Of a DNA stretch of 64,000 bases, positions 1 through 8,322 are shown piece by piece; position 1 is the stretch's first letter, and each line of letters opens with the position of its first letter. The position numbers and the translations under genes were made by a program. The DNA comes from a virus: IMG/VR virus record IMGVR_UViG_3300045988_056849, one strand, 5' to 3'. The notes under the pieces were generated by a model. That model was not told the DNA's origin. It was given only the letters and a program-made list of their open reading frames with translations, and ran no database searches.

Positions 1-26
1 AAGAAACCTGATAAATGTAAGAAGTG

Positions 27-464
27 ATGGACAAACCAGCGAAACCCAAAGACACGTTCTATCTTTTCAGAAGAGAAAGAACAAGCGGAGAAGGATATGA
101 ATATATTCAACACCTTATTTCTCCGAGTCATGATGACGGCTTATCAACGTCTTGTTATCCAGAGTACGCTTGGAGAGGTCAAACGCTTCTTGATATCAAG
201 AAAATGAAATACTTGATAAGCATTCACCGATACTACAAAGATAGCGATTGGGAGCTGGTTAAGTATGAAATGGAGGTTGATACTCCTTCTTGGTCACATC
301 AGCCTGAAAGAAAGGAGTATGAATGTTTGAATATCGGTAAATGGTGTAAGTTATCCGATAAAGAGAAACAAGAACTTGAAGATTACAAACAATTTGCATT
401 ACAAAGATATGATAGCAAAAAGATAAACACTATTATTACAAGGGCAATGAATATGTCGTTGTAG
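27..464 (+). CDS. hypothetical protein
   Basis: ORF track 24..464. ATG at 27 overlaps the TGA (25-27) of an ORF running off the left edge (TGATG coupling). No recognisable motif. Confidence 0.5.
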   Translation: MDKPAKPKDTFYLFRRERTSGEGYEYIQHLISPSHDDGLSTSCYPEYAWRGQTLLDIKKMKYLISIHRYYKDSDWELVKYEMEVDTPSWSHQPERKEYECLNIGKWCKLSDKEKQELEDYKQFALQRYDSKKINTIITRAMNMSL

Positions 465-475
465 GTTTCACGAAG

Positions 476-796
476 ATGAAATCAACTCTGGACGGAACAT
501 GGGTTGAAGCCGTTCAATACAAGAGAGCAACCGAAGTAGATGACCCGAACGTAGAGCCGTTTACAAGGGAGAAAAGCGACTTTGAGTACAAGTTCATTCC
601 AGCCGTTCTTGAAATAGATATGGAGATTGTTGCCGTATCTATGGGAAAGCTGGTTGCTGAATATAAAGTTACTGAAGTAGGAGAAGACAATGCAACAGCA
701 ATAAGTCCTTCTGACGTTGAATTGGTAGTATCTAAGAATGTAAGTCCCAATGGCGAAGTTACCAAAGTATCGGGTGGAGTAGGATTATACTGCTGA
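476..796 (+). CDS. hypothetical protein
   Basis: ATG-initiated ORF, co-directional and tightly spaced. No motif recognised. Confidence 0.5.
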   Translation: MKSTLDGTWVEAVQYKRATEVDDPNVEPFTREKSDFEYKFIPAVLEIDMEIVAVSMGKLVAEYKVTEVGEDNATAISPSDVELVVSKNVSPNGEVTKVSGGVGLYC

Positions 797-806
797 ATAC
801 TATGTA

Positions 807-992
807 ATGATGCCCGATATGAAGAAGCGAGTGAGCAACCGAACGATTATCACCGCTATGTCTTCAGCCTTGTCAGATGCCGCTGTAAGAGTTCAGCAAA
901 TCAGTGCAAGCTCCGAGACTTATGACCTTCAATCGGCTCAAGCATCCATTGACCAGACTTTGCAAATGATATATACTAAGTTTGGAGTTTGA
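807..992 (+). CDS. hypothetical small protein
   Basis: 61-aa ORF filling the gap before a terminator. Confidence 0.4.
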   Translation: MMPDMKKRVSNRTIITAMSSALSDAAVRVQQISASSETYDLQSAQASIDQTLQMIYTKFGV

Positions 993-1023
993 TAATGTTT
1001 CCATATTCTTGACGTTTTGTTGT

Positions 1024-1061
1024 GAGAGGAGGGTGTCGCAAGGCATTCTCCTTTTATTTTT
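1024..1061 (+). terminator. rho-independent terminator (14-bp stem, GCAA tetraloop, T-run)
   Basis: GAGAGGAGGGTGTC-GCAA-GGCATTCTCCTTTT pairs 1024-1037 with 1042-1055 (some G:U pairs), followed by TTTATTTTT. Confidence 0.7.
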
Positions 1062-1099
1062 ACAAAGTTATTAAATACAAACCATTAAATTGTAAAGTT

Positions 1100-1528
1100 A
1101 TGTCACGGAAATTTACACCCGAAAGGATTGACGAATTGAAACCAGACGAGATATTTGTCTTTGGTTCCAATATGAATGGGGCTCATATGGGAGGAGCTGC
1201 CCGCATAGCCTACGAGAATTTTGAAGCAACTTGGGGCGAAAGCGAAGGATTGACTGGACGTTCTTATGCTATTCCGACTTTGGATGAGAACATAGAGAAA
1301 GTATCGGAGAGTGCATTGGAAGCGAGTATTGACAAGTTCATAGATTTTGTATTGAATAATCAACAATTGACGTTCTATCTGACAAAGATAGGTTGCGGAA
1401 TTGCTGGTTGGGATATAGAGGACGTGAAAAGGATATTTTGGAAGGTTATCGAAGATTACAAGCCTGACCCAGAGTGTTCTGTTCCTGCTAATTTAATAAT
1501 CCCAAAAGAGTTCTATGATGGAAAATAA
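1100..1528 (+). CDS. macro-domain-like protein (FVFGSN / A1S_2505-type phage family)
   Basis: Motifs IFVFGSNMNGAHMGGAA, SYAIPT and KIGCGIAGW. ATG 1100 chosen because the ORF-track extension from 1022 lies on the terminator hairpin. Confidence 0.55.
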   Translation: MSRKFTPERIDELKPDEIFVFGSNMNGAHMGGAARIAYENFEATWGESEGLTGRSYAIPTLDENIEKVSESALEASIDKFIDFVLNNQQLTFYLTKIGCGIAGWDIEDVKRIFWKVIEDYKPDPECSVPANLIIPKEFYDGK

Positions 1529-2429
1529 AGTTCCGAGAAAGCTCAAGAAAGAGTTGCGCAAGGTTGATTGTTTAGAGACTTCTCAGCCTTTTATCAAAAT
1601 GGAACCAAATCCATTTAGTCCTTCCAAAATGATGTTTACTCAAAATTCGAGAGTAAAACTCAAAGAAGGTGTCAAGATAAATAAATGGACAAAACGTCTT
1701 GTTCGCAATATACTCCGAGAAGTAAGGAGAAATCATAAACGCAACACGGAGCTTGCTATGAAGCGTCAAATGGAATGGATACATAAAGGTATCAATCCAA
1801 TAAATAGTTATGAAGAAATGTTGCGTTCAAAGTCTCAAGAAGAGTTCCGAAGAGAGTATATGAATGAACCTATATTACCAAGAGACTTGGATGGGTTAAG
1901 ACCTTCTTGCGTAATAATAGACGATATGGGAGAACAATGGCAACCTGCTAATCGTAGAGAGGTTGAGGAGTTTATGCGTAGATGTAACATTTGGCCTCAC
2001 GTTCAGGAGCCTGACGGAAACGGAGTTGCTATTTTGAAACTTCCTTCCTTATCGAAGGAGAAACTTGAGGAGTTCAAAACCGAATGGGAGAAATGGTCAA
2101 GGAGTGCTCAACCGATAACAGTAATTGACCCTGAAGCAAGCATAGAGTTCATTCCAGCGAAAAGACCTCACCGACTTCATAATCATCCAAGAATGGAAGT
2201 TGAACTTGGTTTGAACGAAAGAGAAGTAATTGTTGACCAAGAGTTCGTACACTTGTTCAGAAACGCTTACCCAGTACGAGGTAGGAGAAGAGAAGTTGGC
2301 GTTGACCATTTCATAGTTAGCAAGAAAGAATTTTTGGAACGGATGGAAGAGTCAGGGGGGGCAACAGATGAACCTGACGACCTTCTCAGACCGAGCTACG
2401 AAAGAAAACGCATTAAAAGACGTTTATAA
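1515..2429 (+). CDS. hypothetical basic protein
   Basis: 304-aa ORF that overlaps the previous stop. K/R-rich N and C termini. No secure domain. Confidence 0.6.
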   Translation: MMENKVPRKLKKELRKVDCLETSQPFIKMEPNPFSPSKMMFTQNSRVKLKEGVKINKWTKRLVRNILREVRRNHKRNTELAMKRQMEWIHKGINPINSYEEMLRSKSQEEFRREYMNEPILPRDLDGLRPSCVIIDDMGEQWQPANRREVEEFMRRCNIWPHVQEPDGNGVAILKLPSLSKEKLEEFKTEWEKWSRSAQPITVIDPEASIEFIPAKRPHRLHNHPRMEVELGLNEREVIVDQEFVHLFRNAYPVRGRRREVGVDHFIVSKKEFLERMEESGGATDEPDDLLRPSYERKRIKRRL

Positions 2430-2637
2430 CGTGCTTGTAAACTCATATAGGAGCGTTGCGGGCGGTTTTCTTTATCAACCGTTAGACTTATTATCAAAAC
2501 CGAATACAACGTGGCATACGTGCCTACAAAATGGGAAACTGAAATGTGTAATGATTCACAAAGAAACCCACGTTGGTAAGAAGGTTATAATGTGCGGTTG
2601 CGACGGTACGAGGGAGGGGAAAGAAAGCGTTGCTTGA
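2368..2637 (+). CDS. hypothetical protein
   Basis: ORF track. It overlaps the previous gene by 62 nt. An in-frame GTG at 2431, just after that stop, is an alternative start. Confidence 0.35.
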   Translation: MNLTTFSDRATKENALKDVYNVLVNSYRSVAGGFLYQPLDLLSKPNTTWHTCLQNGKLKCVMIHKETHVGKKVIMCGCDGTREGKESVA

Positions 2638-2878
2638 AATTCTCTTGAACTGTTTAACAGATATAAAAGAGCATTACTGGTGTGAAGCGAGCGATGCAAT
2701 TGAGCATTGGTTAGTTAAGCACGGCATGGAAGCTCACCCGAACGAATGGTGTGCGGAATTGTTAGAGAAGGAAGGAGAAAGGATTGAGTATTGCGATGAT
2801 GGAATACATTACATTCGTCATATAAACGGAGTACCAAAGGTAAAAGCCATTTATGGCAATTTAACAAATAATAATTAA
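2630..2878 (+). CDS. hypothetical protein
   Basis: TTG-initiated ORF overlapping the previous stop. No motif. Confidence 0.4.
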   Translation: MLEILLNCLTDIKEHYWCEASDAIEHWLVKHGMEAHPNEWCAELLEKEGERIEYCDDGIHYIRHINGVPKVKAIYGNLTNNN

Positions 2879-2884
2879 CAATTC

Positions 2885-3106
2885 ATGGTAAAATTAAAAG
2901 CAAAAAGAGCCGTAACGGTTACGATGACCGTAAACGGAGAAGCGTCAACCGCTGAGAGTTTGAAACTCAAGAAAGGTGAAACAATCGAAGGAGACTTCCA
3001 GTCAGAAAACCTTGCAAACGGCAATCCTACTTTGGTAGTGAACCGTGACGGAGGTTCAAGAATCATTGAGTACTTGGAAGCCGACTTTGAAGAAGTAGCC
3101 GAGTAA
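2885..3106 (+). CDS. hypothetical protein
   Basis: ATG ORF followed by a terminator. Confidence 0.5.
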   Translation: MVKLKAKRAVTVTMTVNGEASTAESLKLKKGETIEGDFQSENLANGNPTLVVNRDGGSRIIEYLEADFEEVAE

Positions 3107-3130
3107 AAACAAAGTACATCTTGTAGAATA

Positions 3131-3160
3131 AGGAGCGATGGAAGTTGCTCCTTTTCTTTT
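3131..3160 (+). terminator. rho-independent terminator
   Basis: AGGAGC-N10-GCTCCT followed by TTTCTTTT. Confidence 0.65.
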
Positions 3161-3176
3161 ATAAACAAAGAAGGAT

Positions 3177-3458
3177 ATGAAGCGACTTGATAAAGAAAGT
3201 ATATTGAATGGTGAACCGCTGTTTCCGTTATCCGAGCCGATTGTTGAAAGAAGCAAACCAAAAGTAAAGATTAAGCAAGTACCAACTACTTGTCATACAG
3301 GCAAGCTATCTTATCCAACGGCAGAAGATGCGGAAAGAGCCACAAAGTTATTAAAGAAGAAACATAAAGGAGGAACGAAATGGTACAAGTGCGAATATTG
3401 CTGGCAATACCATTTGACTTCGATTAAGAAACAACGTAAAGGAAAGATGAGGTTTTGA
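3177..3458 (+). CDS. zinc-ribbon-like small protein
   Basis: C-x-n-YKCEYCWQYHLTS cysteine/histidine cluster in a basic protein. Confidence 0.5.
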   Translation: MKRLDKESILNGEPLFPLSEPIVERSKPKVKIKQVPTTCHTGKLSYPTAEDAERATKLLKKKHKGGTKWYKCEYCWQYHLTSIKKQRKGKMRF

Positions 3459-3459
3459 T

Positions 3460-3726
3460 ATGCAACAAATGGTAATACCGTCAGGACAATTTGTAACAAT
3501 GCCGAAGCGAGGGTTGGAAAGAGTAAAAGAATTGGTAAGCAATATGAATGATTTTGAATTCAAGCAAAATACTTCTGCTAATTATCTTGCTTACCAAGAG
3601 CTAAGACGTCAATTGTCGGCTGAATTTAACTACCTTCTTTTGTCAGACGAAGAAGAATGGAAAGAGGCAAACCGATATATTGAGGATAATCTGAAAATGT
3701 TAGGTGCGGAGGGTAAAATATATTGA
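3460..3726 (+). CDS. hypothetical protein
   Basis: ATG 2 nt after the previous stop. Confidence 0.5.
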   Translation: MQQMVIPSGQFVTMPKRGLERVKELVSNMNDFEFKQNTSANYLAYQELRRQLSAEFNYLLLSDEEEWKEANRYIEDNLKMLGAEGKIY

Positions 3727-3727
3727 T

Positions 3728-4024
3728 ATGGACAATAGCAAAGAATATCTGCTTTGTGCAGCAATTCGTAGAGTAGAGCCGAGAGATTGCCCGAAAGTAT
3801 ATTGGGAACAATTCCACGACATCTACAAAATAGAATTGGGTTGGAGACATCCAGATATAATGCACCGATTTGGGAAGGAAGTATCACGCAACCTGAATGA
3901 CCAAGGCTTCTACACTTCCAAAGGACGTTTCGTGACAAGAGAGGAAGGATTGGAGATAGCAAGAGCCGCAGGTCAGGTTGATAAGATAATTGGAGGAGTA
4001 TTAACAAGTGAAGATTTATATTGA
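3728..4024 (+). CDS. hypothetical protein
   Basis: ATG 3728 directly after the previous TGA (3724-3726). The ORF-track start at 3704 would overlap. Confidence 0.5.
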   Translation: MDNSKEYLLCAAIRRVEPRDCPKVYWEQFHDIYKIELGWRHPDIMHRFGKEVSRNLNDQGFYTSKGRFVTREEGLEIARAAGQVDKIIGGVLTSEDLY

Positions 4025-4500
4025 TGCCTAAGATAATAATTTGTAGAGGTCTGCCAGGGTCAGGTAAAACTACTTGGGCGAAAGATTATGTTCAACGCAA
4101 TATCTTCAATCCTGCGGTAAGAGTAAACCGAGACGACATAAGGAAGATGCTTGCTATAACATATAATACTTTGACCGAAGAGTTTGTGAAGGGAATGGAG
4201 CGAGATATGATAACAAACGCTCTAAACTTTGGATTTGACGTTGTAGTTGATGATACTAACATATATACTTCGGCAGCAGAGCTTATAGTAGCAGCCATAG
4301 AACAATCCGATTGGGAAACGGTAAAAGTTGAGGTCAAAAGTTTCTTTGATACTCCAATTGAAACTTGCGAAGATAGACAAATGGAACGAAGTCCTCAAGA
4401 ACGAGTACCAGACTATCGAATCAGGCAACTCATGGATTATTATGAGAAGTACGGAAAGAGATTTGAAAACTATATAAAAAGAAGTGAGTGTGTAATATGA
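4024..4500 (+). CDS. P-loop kinase, polynucleotide-kinase-like (kinase domain only)
   Basis: Walker A GLPGSGKTT, RVNRDDIRKM and VVDDTN resemble the T4 Pnk kinase / AAA_33 layout. At 159 aa there is no phosphatase domain. Confidence 0.7.
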   Translation: MPKIIICRGLPGSGKTTWAKDYVQRNIFNPAVRVNRDDIRKMLAITYNTLTEEFVKGMERDMITNALNFGFDVVVDDTNIYTSAAELIVAAIEQSDWETVKVEVKSFFDTPIETCEDRQMERSPQERVPDYRIRQLMDYYEKYGKRFENYIKRSECVI

Positions 4501-4703
4501 AAGCAACCGATAAACAAAAACAGATTTGCGACCTTGTTATTCAGCAAGCGAGCTTTTGGAAGAGTTCTAATGATATAGATAGTCCAACCCATTATTGCGA
4601 TAATTCCGAGAGCGTGAGAAGTCTTGAGCTATCAGAAGAAGATGAAGAGGACTTGACAAACTTTCTTGATAACTTGTTAAATTTTGTAAAGGAAAAGAAA
4701 TGA
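4497..4703 (+). CDS. hypothetical acidic protein
   Basis: ATG 4497 overlaps TGA 4498-4500 (ATGA). Confidence 0.45.
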   Translation: MKATDKQKQICDLVIQQASFWKSSNDIDSPTHYCDNSESVRSLELSEEDEEDLTNFLDNLLNFVKEKK

Positions 4704-4978
4704 CACTGAAGGAGCTTGAAGATAATTTATTGCTAAGAGACGAGAATGTAGAATTGAAAGAAGATACGTTTTTGTCTTTTCGCATATTTATATATTCGCT
4801 AATGGGTAAGAGAAAGATATTGACATTTATGGATAAACAAAAAGAGTTCCGAGTGACCAAAATATCCGACTACCCAGACCAAGGCAAACAATACCCTATT
4901 TGTGTATTAAGAGTAGAAAGATTGCGCTTGAAGAAAAAAGTAGTGAAAGCGAAGAGAAGCGCAGCCGATAAGACTTGA
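4700..4978 (+). CDS. hypothetical protein
   Basis: ATGA overlap with the previous gene. Confidence 0.45.
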   Translation: MTLKELEDNLLLRDENVELKEDTFLSFRIFIYSLMGKRKILTFMDKQKEFRVTKISDYPDQGKQYPICVLRVERLRLKKKVVKAKRSAADKT

Positions 4979-5023
4979 TACGCAAATATAAGTATAGGTA
5001 ATGAATTGTAATCGCAAATAGAA

Positions 5024-6256
5024 ATGGATAAGAGTAAACAAATAACTATTCCAGAGGACGTAGTAAACCCAACGGAGTATAAGAAGATGCTTGCCTTGGA
5101 GAAACATCCAATAATTCGCAACACTATCTATATAAGTAGTGAAGGAGACGAAATCAATATTGGAATGTTACCTCATAGGTTGGCAAAACATATAGAACAT
5201 CTCAGTAGCAAAGAGCAAGAAGACATATTGGAACTCAAGAGAAAGTATAATCAGCTCCGAGCTAAGATAAGCACCGCAAAGTCTCTTGCCTTTGGGAGAG
5301 CAGGAAGGTATGGAGGTAAGAGCAAGGATGAATTAGCCGTATATAAACTCAGTCCGTTTGAGGAGGATATTATTGAGCTACTTGGGCGTATGTTTACCGT
5401 AGCAGAGGTTGTAAAGATAATGGGCGAGGATAACGGAGTAATTGTCAACGAGGACGATGTCAAGGGAATACTGAAGAAGCATATCGTTGAGATAGAGCGA
5501 AAGCGTGAGGAGTTCCGAAACCGAGTAGCAGATGTCCGACTGTATAACAAAAGACCGAGACTTGAGGAGCTTGCTTGGATGTATTCCAAAATGAAGAATA
5601 AGTATATTGCTCTCAATTCGATTGACTCTTACAACGCAATGCTTCGTACTTTGGAGCAGATACGCAAGGAAGCAGAAGGAGACATACTCAATATAAACGG
5701 AGTAGTTGATGTCAATATCGAAGTAACAATACAAAATCATATTCAGAAGGAAATACTCAAAACGATAAACCTCAAAGAGATTATCTTGGGGCGTGTCGCA
5801 GCACGTATGAATTATGACCCGAAGAAATTGGTTGCTGGTTTACATAATAGCTACTATGCGAAGTTTGTCGATATATCGGGAGACTATGACGAGAATGCTG
5901 AAATGAGCTATCCTTCCAACTCAGCTTATGACTTTGCTATGATAGAGCGTACCGCTGGACGAGAGGTAATGGATGTCAAGGCAGAAGATGTTACCGAAAC
6001 GGAACACTCCTCAGCTACAAATGTCAAAGACTTGTTCTTGTCTAAGATACGCAAGCAAAAGCAAGATATGGAAGCACGTCAGGCAGGATGGGACGCAGAA
6101 GCCGAAAGGAAAAGACCTGTTGCGGAGGATGAAACTCCAATAGACCGTAGTACGAACGGACGAGGTAAAGACAAGATACCACCGAGCAAGACGAAGGCTG
6201 GGCAGCGCAAGAATAAAGATAAGCCGTATGGTAAAGAGATAAAGACGAAGAAATAA
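5024..6256 (+). CDS. hypothetical protein with a possible HTH and a basic C-terminal tail
   Basis: 410-aa ORF. It has an HTH-like stretch FTVAEVVKIMGEDNGV, coiled-coil character and a K/R-rich tail. Confidence 0.6.
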   Translation: MDKSKQITIPEDVVNPTEYKKMLALEKHPIIRNTIYISSEGDEINIGMLPHRLAKHIEHLSSKEQEDILELKRKYNQLRAKISTAKSLAFGRAGRYGGKSKDELAVYKLSPFEEDIIELLGRMFTVAEVVKIMGEDNGVIVNEDDVKGILKKHIVEIERKREEFRNRVADVRLYNKRPRLEELAWMYSKMKNKYIALNSIDSYNAMLRTLEQIRKEAEGDILNINGVVDVNIEVTIQNHIQKEILKTINLKEIILGRVAARMNYDPKKLVAGLHNSYYAKFVDISGDYDENAEMSYPSNSAYDFAMIERTAGREVMDVKAEDVTETEHSSATNVKDLFLSKIRKQKQDMEARQAGWDAEAERKRPVAEDETPIDRSTNGRGKDKIPPSKTKAGQRKNKDKPYGKEIKTKK

Positions 6257-6280
6257 ATCATTGTAAAAGGCATGTAAATA

Positions 6281-6616
6281 ATGTGTACCGTTAAACCGTT
6301 CTACAAACATTACTTCTCACGAATAGATAAATGGGATGATAAGATAGCAAACAACTTTCTTGAGCTTGGTTACGCTGTTAGTATCGTAGTACCGTTGGAG
6401 AAAGTAAAGATATGTCAACTCATTTATCAGTATATCGAAAACGACCAAGGGCGTTGGCTTGCTAAGTCCGTTATGTTTGTAGATTTGAATTGGTACGTTC
6501 AATATAAAGCAAGGAGACTTGAGGAGCAATTCAGTAACGGAGCTTTGTCAATAGAGGACTTACAAATAACAGCTTGGGAGTTAAACAAGCAATATGATAA
6601 TCTATTAAACAGTTAA
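6281..6616 (+). CDS. hypothetical protein
   Basis: ATG ORF, no motif. Confidence 0.5.
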   Translation: MCTVKPFYKHYFSRIDKWDDKIANNFLELGYAVSIVVPLEKVKICQLIYQYIENDQGRWLAKSVMFVDLNWYVQYKARRLEEQFSNGALSIEDLQITAWELNKQYDNLLNS

Positions 6617-6620
6617 AGTT

Positions 6621-6833
6621 ATGGACATTCAAAAGTTTATTCAAGATAATGTTCCCAACGTAGAAGCGAGGGAAGAATTTGCGAAGTATAAGACATTGAA
6701 AGAATGTCTTGCTAACCCGAAGTTGTACGACCGTACTCAGGCAGCTTCTTTGTTTGATGAGTTCCTATATGTAAAGGATAAGTTGTTTGGGGAGGCAATG
6801 GACAATTGGTTAAAGAAACGAGGGAGTAAATAA
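6621..6833 (+). CDS. hypothetical protein
   Basis: ATG ORF followed by a terminator. Confidence 0.5.
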   Translation: MDIQKFIQDNVPNVEAREEFAKYKTLKECLANPKLYDRTQAASLFDEFLYVKDKLFGEAMDNWLKKRGSK

Positions 6834-6859
6834 GCAACTTTGATATTCTATATTGTAAG

Positions 6860-6889
6860 GCTCTGGGCTGCGAAGTTCGGAGCTTTTTT
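6860..6889 (+). terminator. rho-independent terminator
   Basis: GCTCTG-N12-CGGAGC (one G:U pair) followed by TTTTTT. Confidence 0.55.
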
Positions 6890-6916
6890 ATTGGTAAATT
6901 ATACACCTTTTGCTAA

Positions 6917-7004
6917 ATAAAAGTTAAATATTGCCCAAAATTAAAATTTCTCCAAAAATAATTGGTAAAAAATTTTGCCGTTTCGCAAGAAGTTAGTACC
7001 TTCG
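6917..7004 (+). promoter_or_regulatory. early-type promoter cassette copy A (upstream block, then TTTG-N19-TACCTTCG)
   Basis: The 24-mer ATAAAAGTTAAATATTGCCCAAAA (6917-6940) is identical to 23057-23080. TTTG at 6974-6977 and TACCTTCG at 6997-7004 are separated by 19 nt, matching the Bacteroidota -33/-7 layout. Confidence 0.65.
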
Positions 7005-7053
7005 TACTGTAATTGATAACGAAATAAGTTTAACAATCAAAAAATACAAGGTC

Positions 7054-8322
7054 ATGAAAGCAATCGAATTAACAAAGAACGAAAGAGAAATTTTGAAAGC
7101 AATCGTAGCTAACGCAAAGAAGGTAGGTGATTCAGGAGTTGAGTTCATTCTTCAGGACGTAGCGAGAGAAACTGGTAAATCTATCCGAAGCGTATCAGCA
7201 ACAACTGGAAGCCTTGCTAAGAAAGGTATGTTGCTAACCGCTAATGGAGACAGCTACTTCGATGGAGAACTCACAGAAGCTGGACTTCATGAAGTAGAAA
7301 GTAGCAAGGTTAATAACAATCAAGAAGTAAAAACTCAATCAAATAAATCAAAGAATATGGCAACAAAAGCAAACAAGACCGTAAAGGTGGAAGACAGCAA
7401 GAGTGTAACGAACGCAGTTGATAACTTCGATGCTCCTGTAATGGACGAGCGTATCTTGAAGTTGAACGAATTGAAAGCTGTGAAGATGGCTAACCTATCG
7501 AAAGGCAAAAGACCTGCTGCAAAGGAAGCAAAAGAACTTGCTACCTATATTCTCAACAACTGGGATAATCTTGCCGAGTTGAAGAATATCAAGAGCGAGG
7601 ATGTAACGAATGAAGACCTTCAGAATATCTTGTCCAGTCGTTTGAAGAATTTTGAAGACGCAAGCAAAGCAGCGGAGAAAGCGGTCAAAGAAGCAGAAAA
7701 GGCTGAGAAAGCTCCGAAGGCGAAAACCGAGAAGAAGGAAACGAAGAAAGCTGCCCCTGCTAAGTCAAAGAAGGCTGATAGCAAGAAAGCAGAGCCGAAA
7801 GCGAAGGAAGAGAAGAAGGATGAACCGAAGGTGGCTAAAACTGCCCGCAAAGTGGGAGACGTTCACCCGAAGCACCCGACTTGGGTATGGACTGAGTACG
7901 CTGAAGGAAAGTTCGATTGGAGAACCAATCCAGCCGACAAGAAGCAAGGTCAGAGAACGGACAAGGCAGCGACTTCTGAAATGAAGTCCGAGCCGAAAAA
8001 AGCAGCCGTGAGTAAGAAGGCTGTTGCTAAGGAGACAAACAAAAAGGTGGCCAAAGGTGGTAAGGTTGAAAAAGAAGCTCCGAAGGAATTGACAATTGAC
8101 GAGTTCGTTGCTTTACCTTCTAAGAGTGCGAGAGGCAACAAGAAACCGAGCGAAGCCCAAAAGGAAGCATTAAAACTTGTTATGAAAGGCTACCGAGTAA
8201 CCGCTGACCATAAGTTCTTTGAGAACGCAGAAGGTGATAAGAAAGCGTGTAATTGGGATAGCGTAGTTGCTATGCTGAAGAGATACGGAATGGAGTACAT
8301 ACCAGTTGGACTTGTAAAGTAA
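7054..8322 (+). CDS. winged-HTH protein with a histone-H1-like K/A/E-rich linker
   Basis: The N-terminus LTKNEREILKAIV...VARETGKSIRSVSATTGSLAKKGML is MarR-like wHTH. The centre is KKAAPAKSKKADSKKAEPKAKEEKK low complexity. The VGDVHPKHPTWVWTEYAEGKFDWR motif is shared with ORFs 40533 and 42503. Confidence 0.7.
   Translation: MKAIELTKNEREILKAIVANAKKVGDSGVEFILQDVARETGKSIRSVSATTGSLAKKGMLLTANGDSYFDGELTEAGLHEVESSKVNNNQEVKTQSNKSKNMATKANKTVKVEDSKSVTNAVDNFDAPVMDERILKLNELKAVKMANLSKGKRPAAKEAKELATYILNNWDNLAELKNIKSEDVTNEDLQNILSSRLKNFEDASKAAEKAVKEAEKAEKAPKAKTEKKETKKAAPAKSKKADSKKAEPKAKEEKKDEPKVAKTARKVGDVHPKHPTWVWTEYAEGKFDWRTNPADKKQGQRTDKAATSEMKSEPKKAAVSKKAVAKETNKKVAKGGKVEKEAPKELTIDEFVALPSKSARGNKKPSEAQKEALKLVMKGYRVTADHKFFENAEGDKKACNWDSVVAMLKRYGMEYIPVGLVK

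Noticed and set aside
1022-1099. N-terminal extension of the macro-like ORF (GTG start at 1022)
   Set aside because: The extension is encoded by the 14-bp terminator hairpin and T-run. ATG 1100 gives the conserved family N-terminus.
1515-2429. EEFRREYMNEP string resembling the C-terminal F-x-x-E-Y motif of large terminases
   Set aside because: It is an isolated motif in a protein without ATPase or nuclease motifs. The genuine terL is at 16226.
7652-7984. 110-aa K/R-rich + strand ORF in an alternative frame
   Set aside because: It is an artefact of the purine-rich low-complexity tract (GAA/AAG repeats) that encodes the H1-like linker of ORF 7054..8322.
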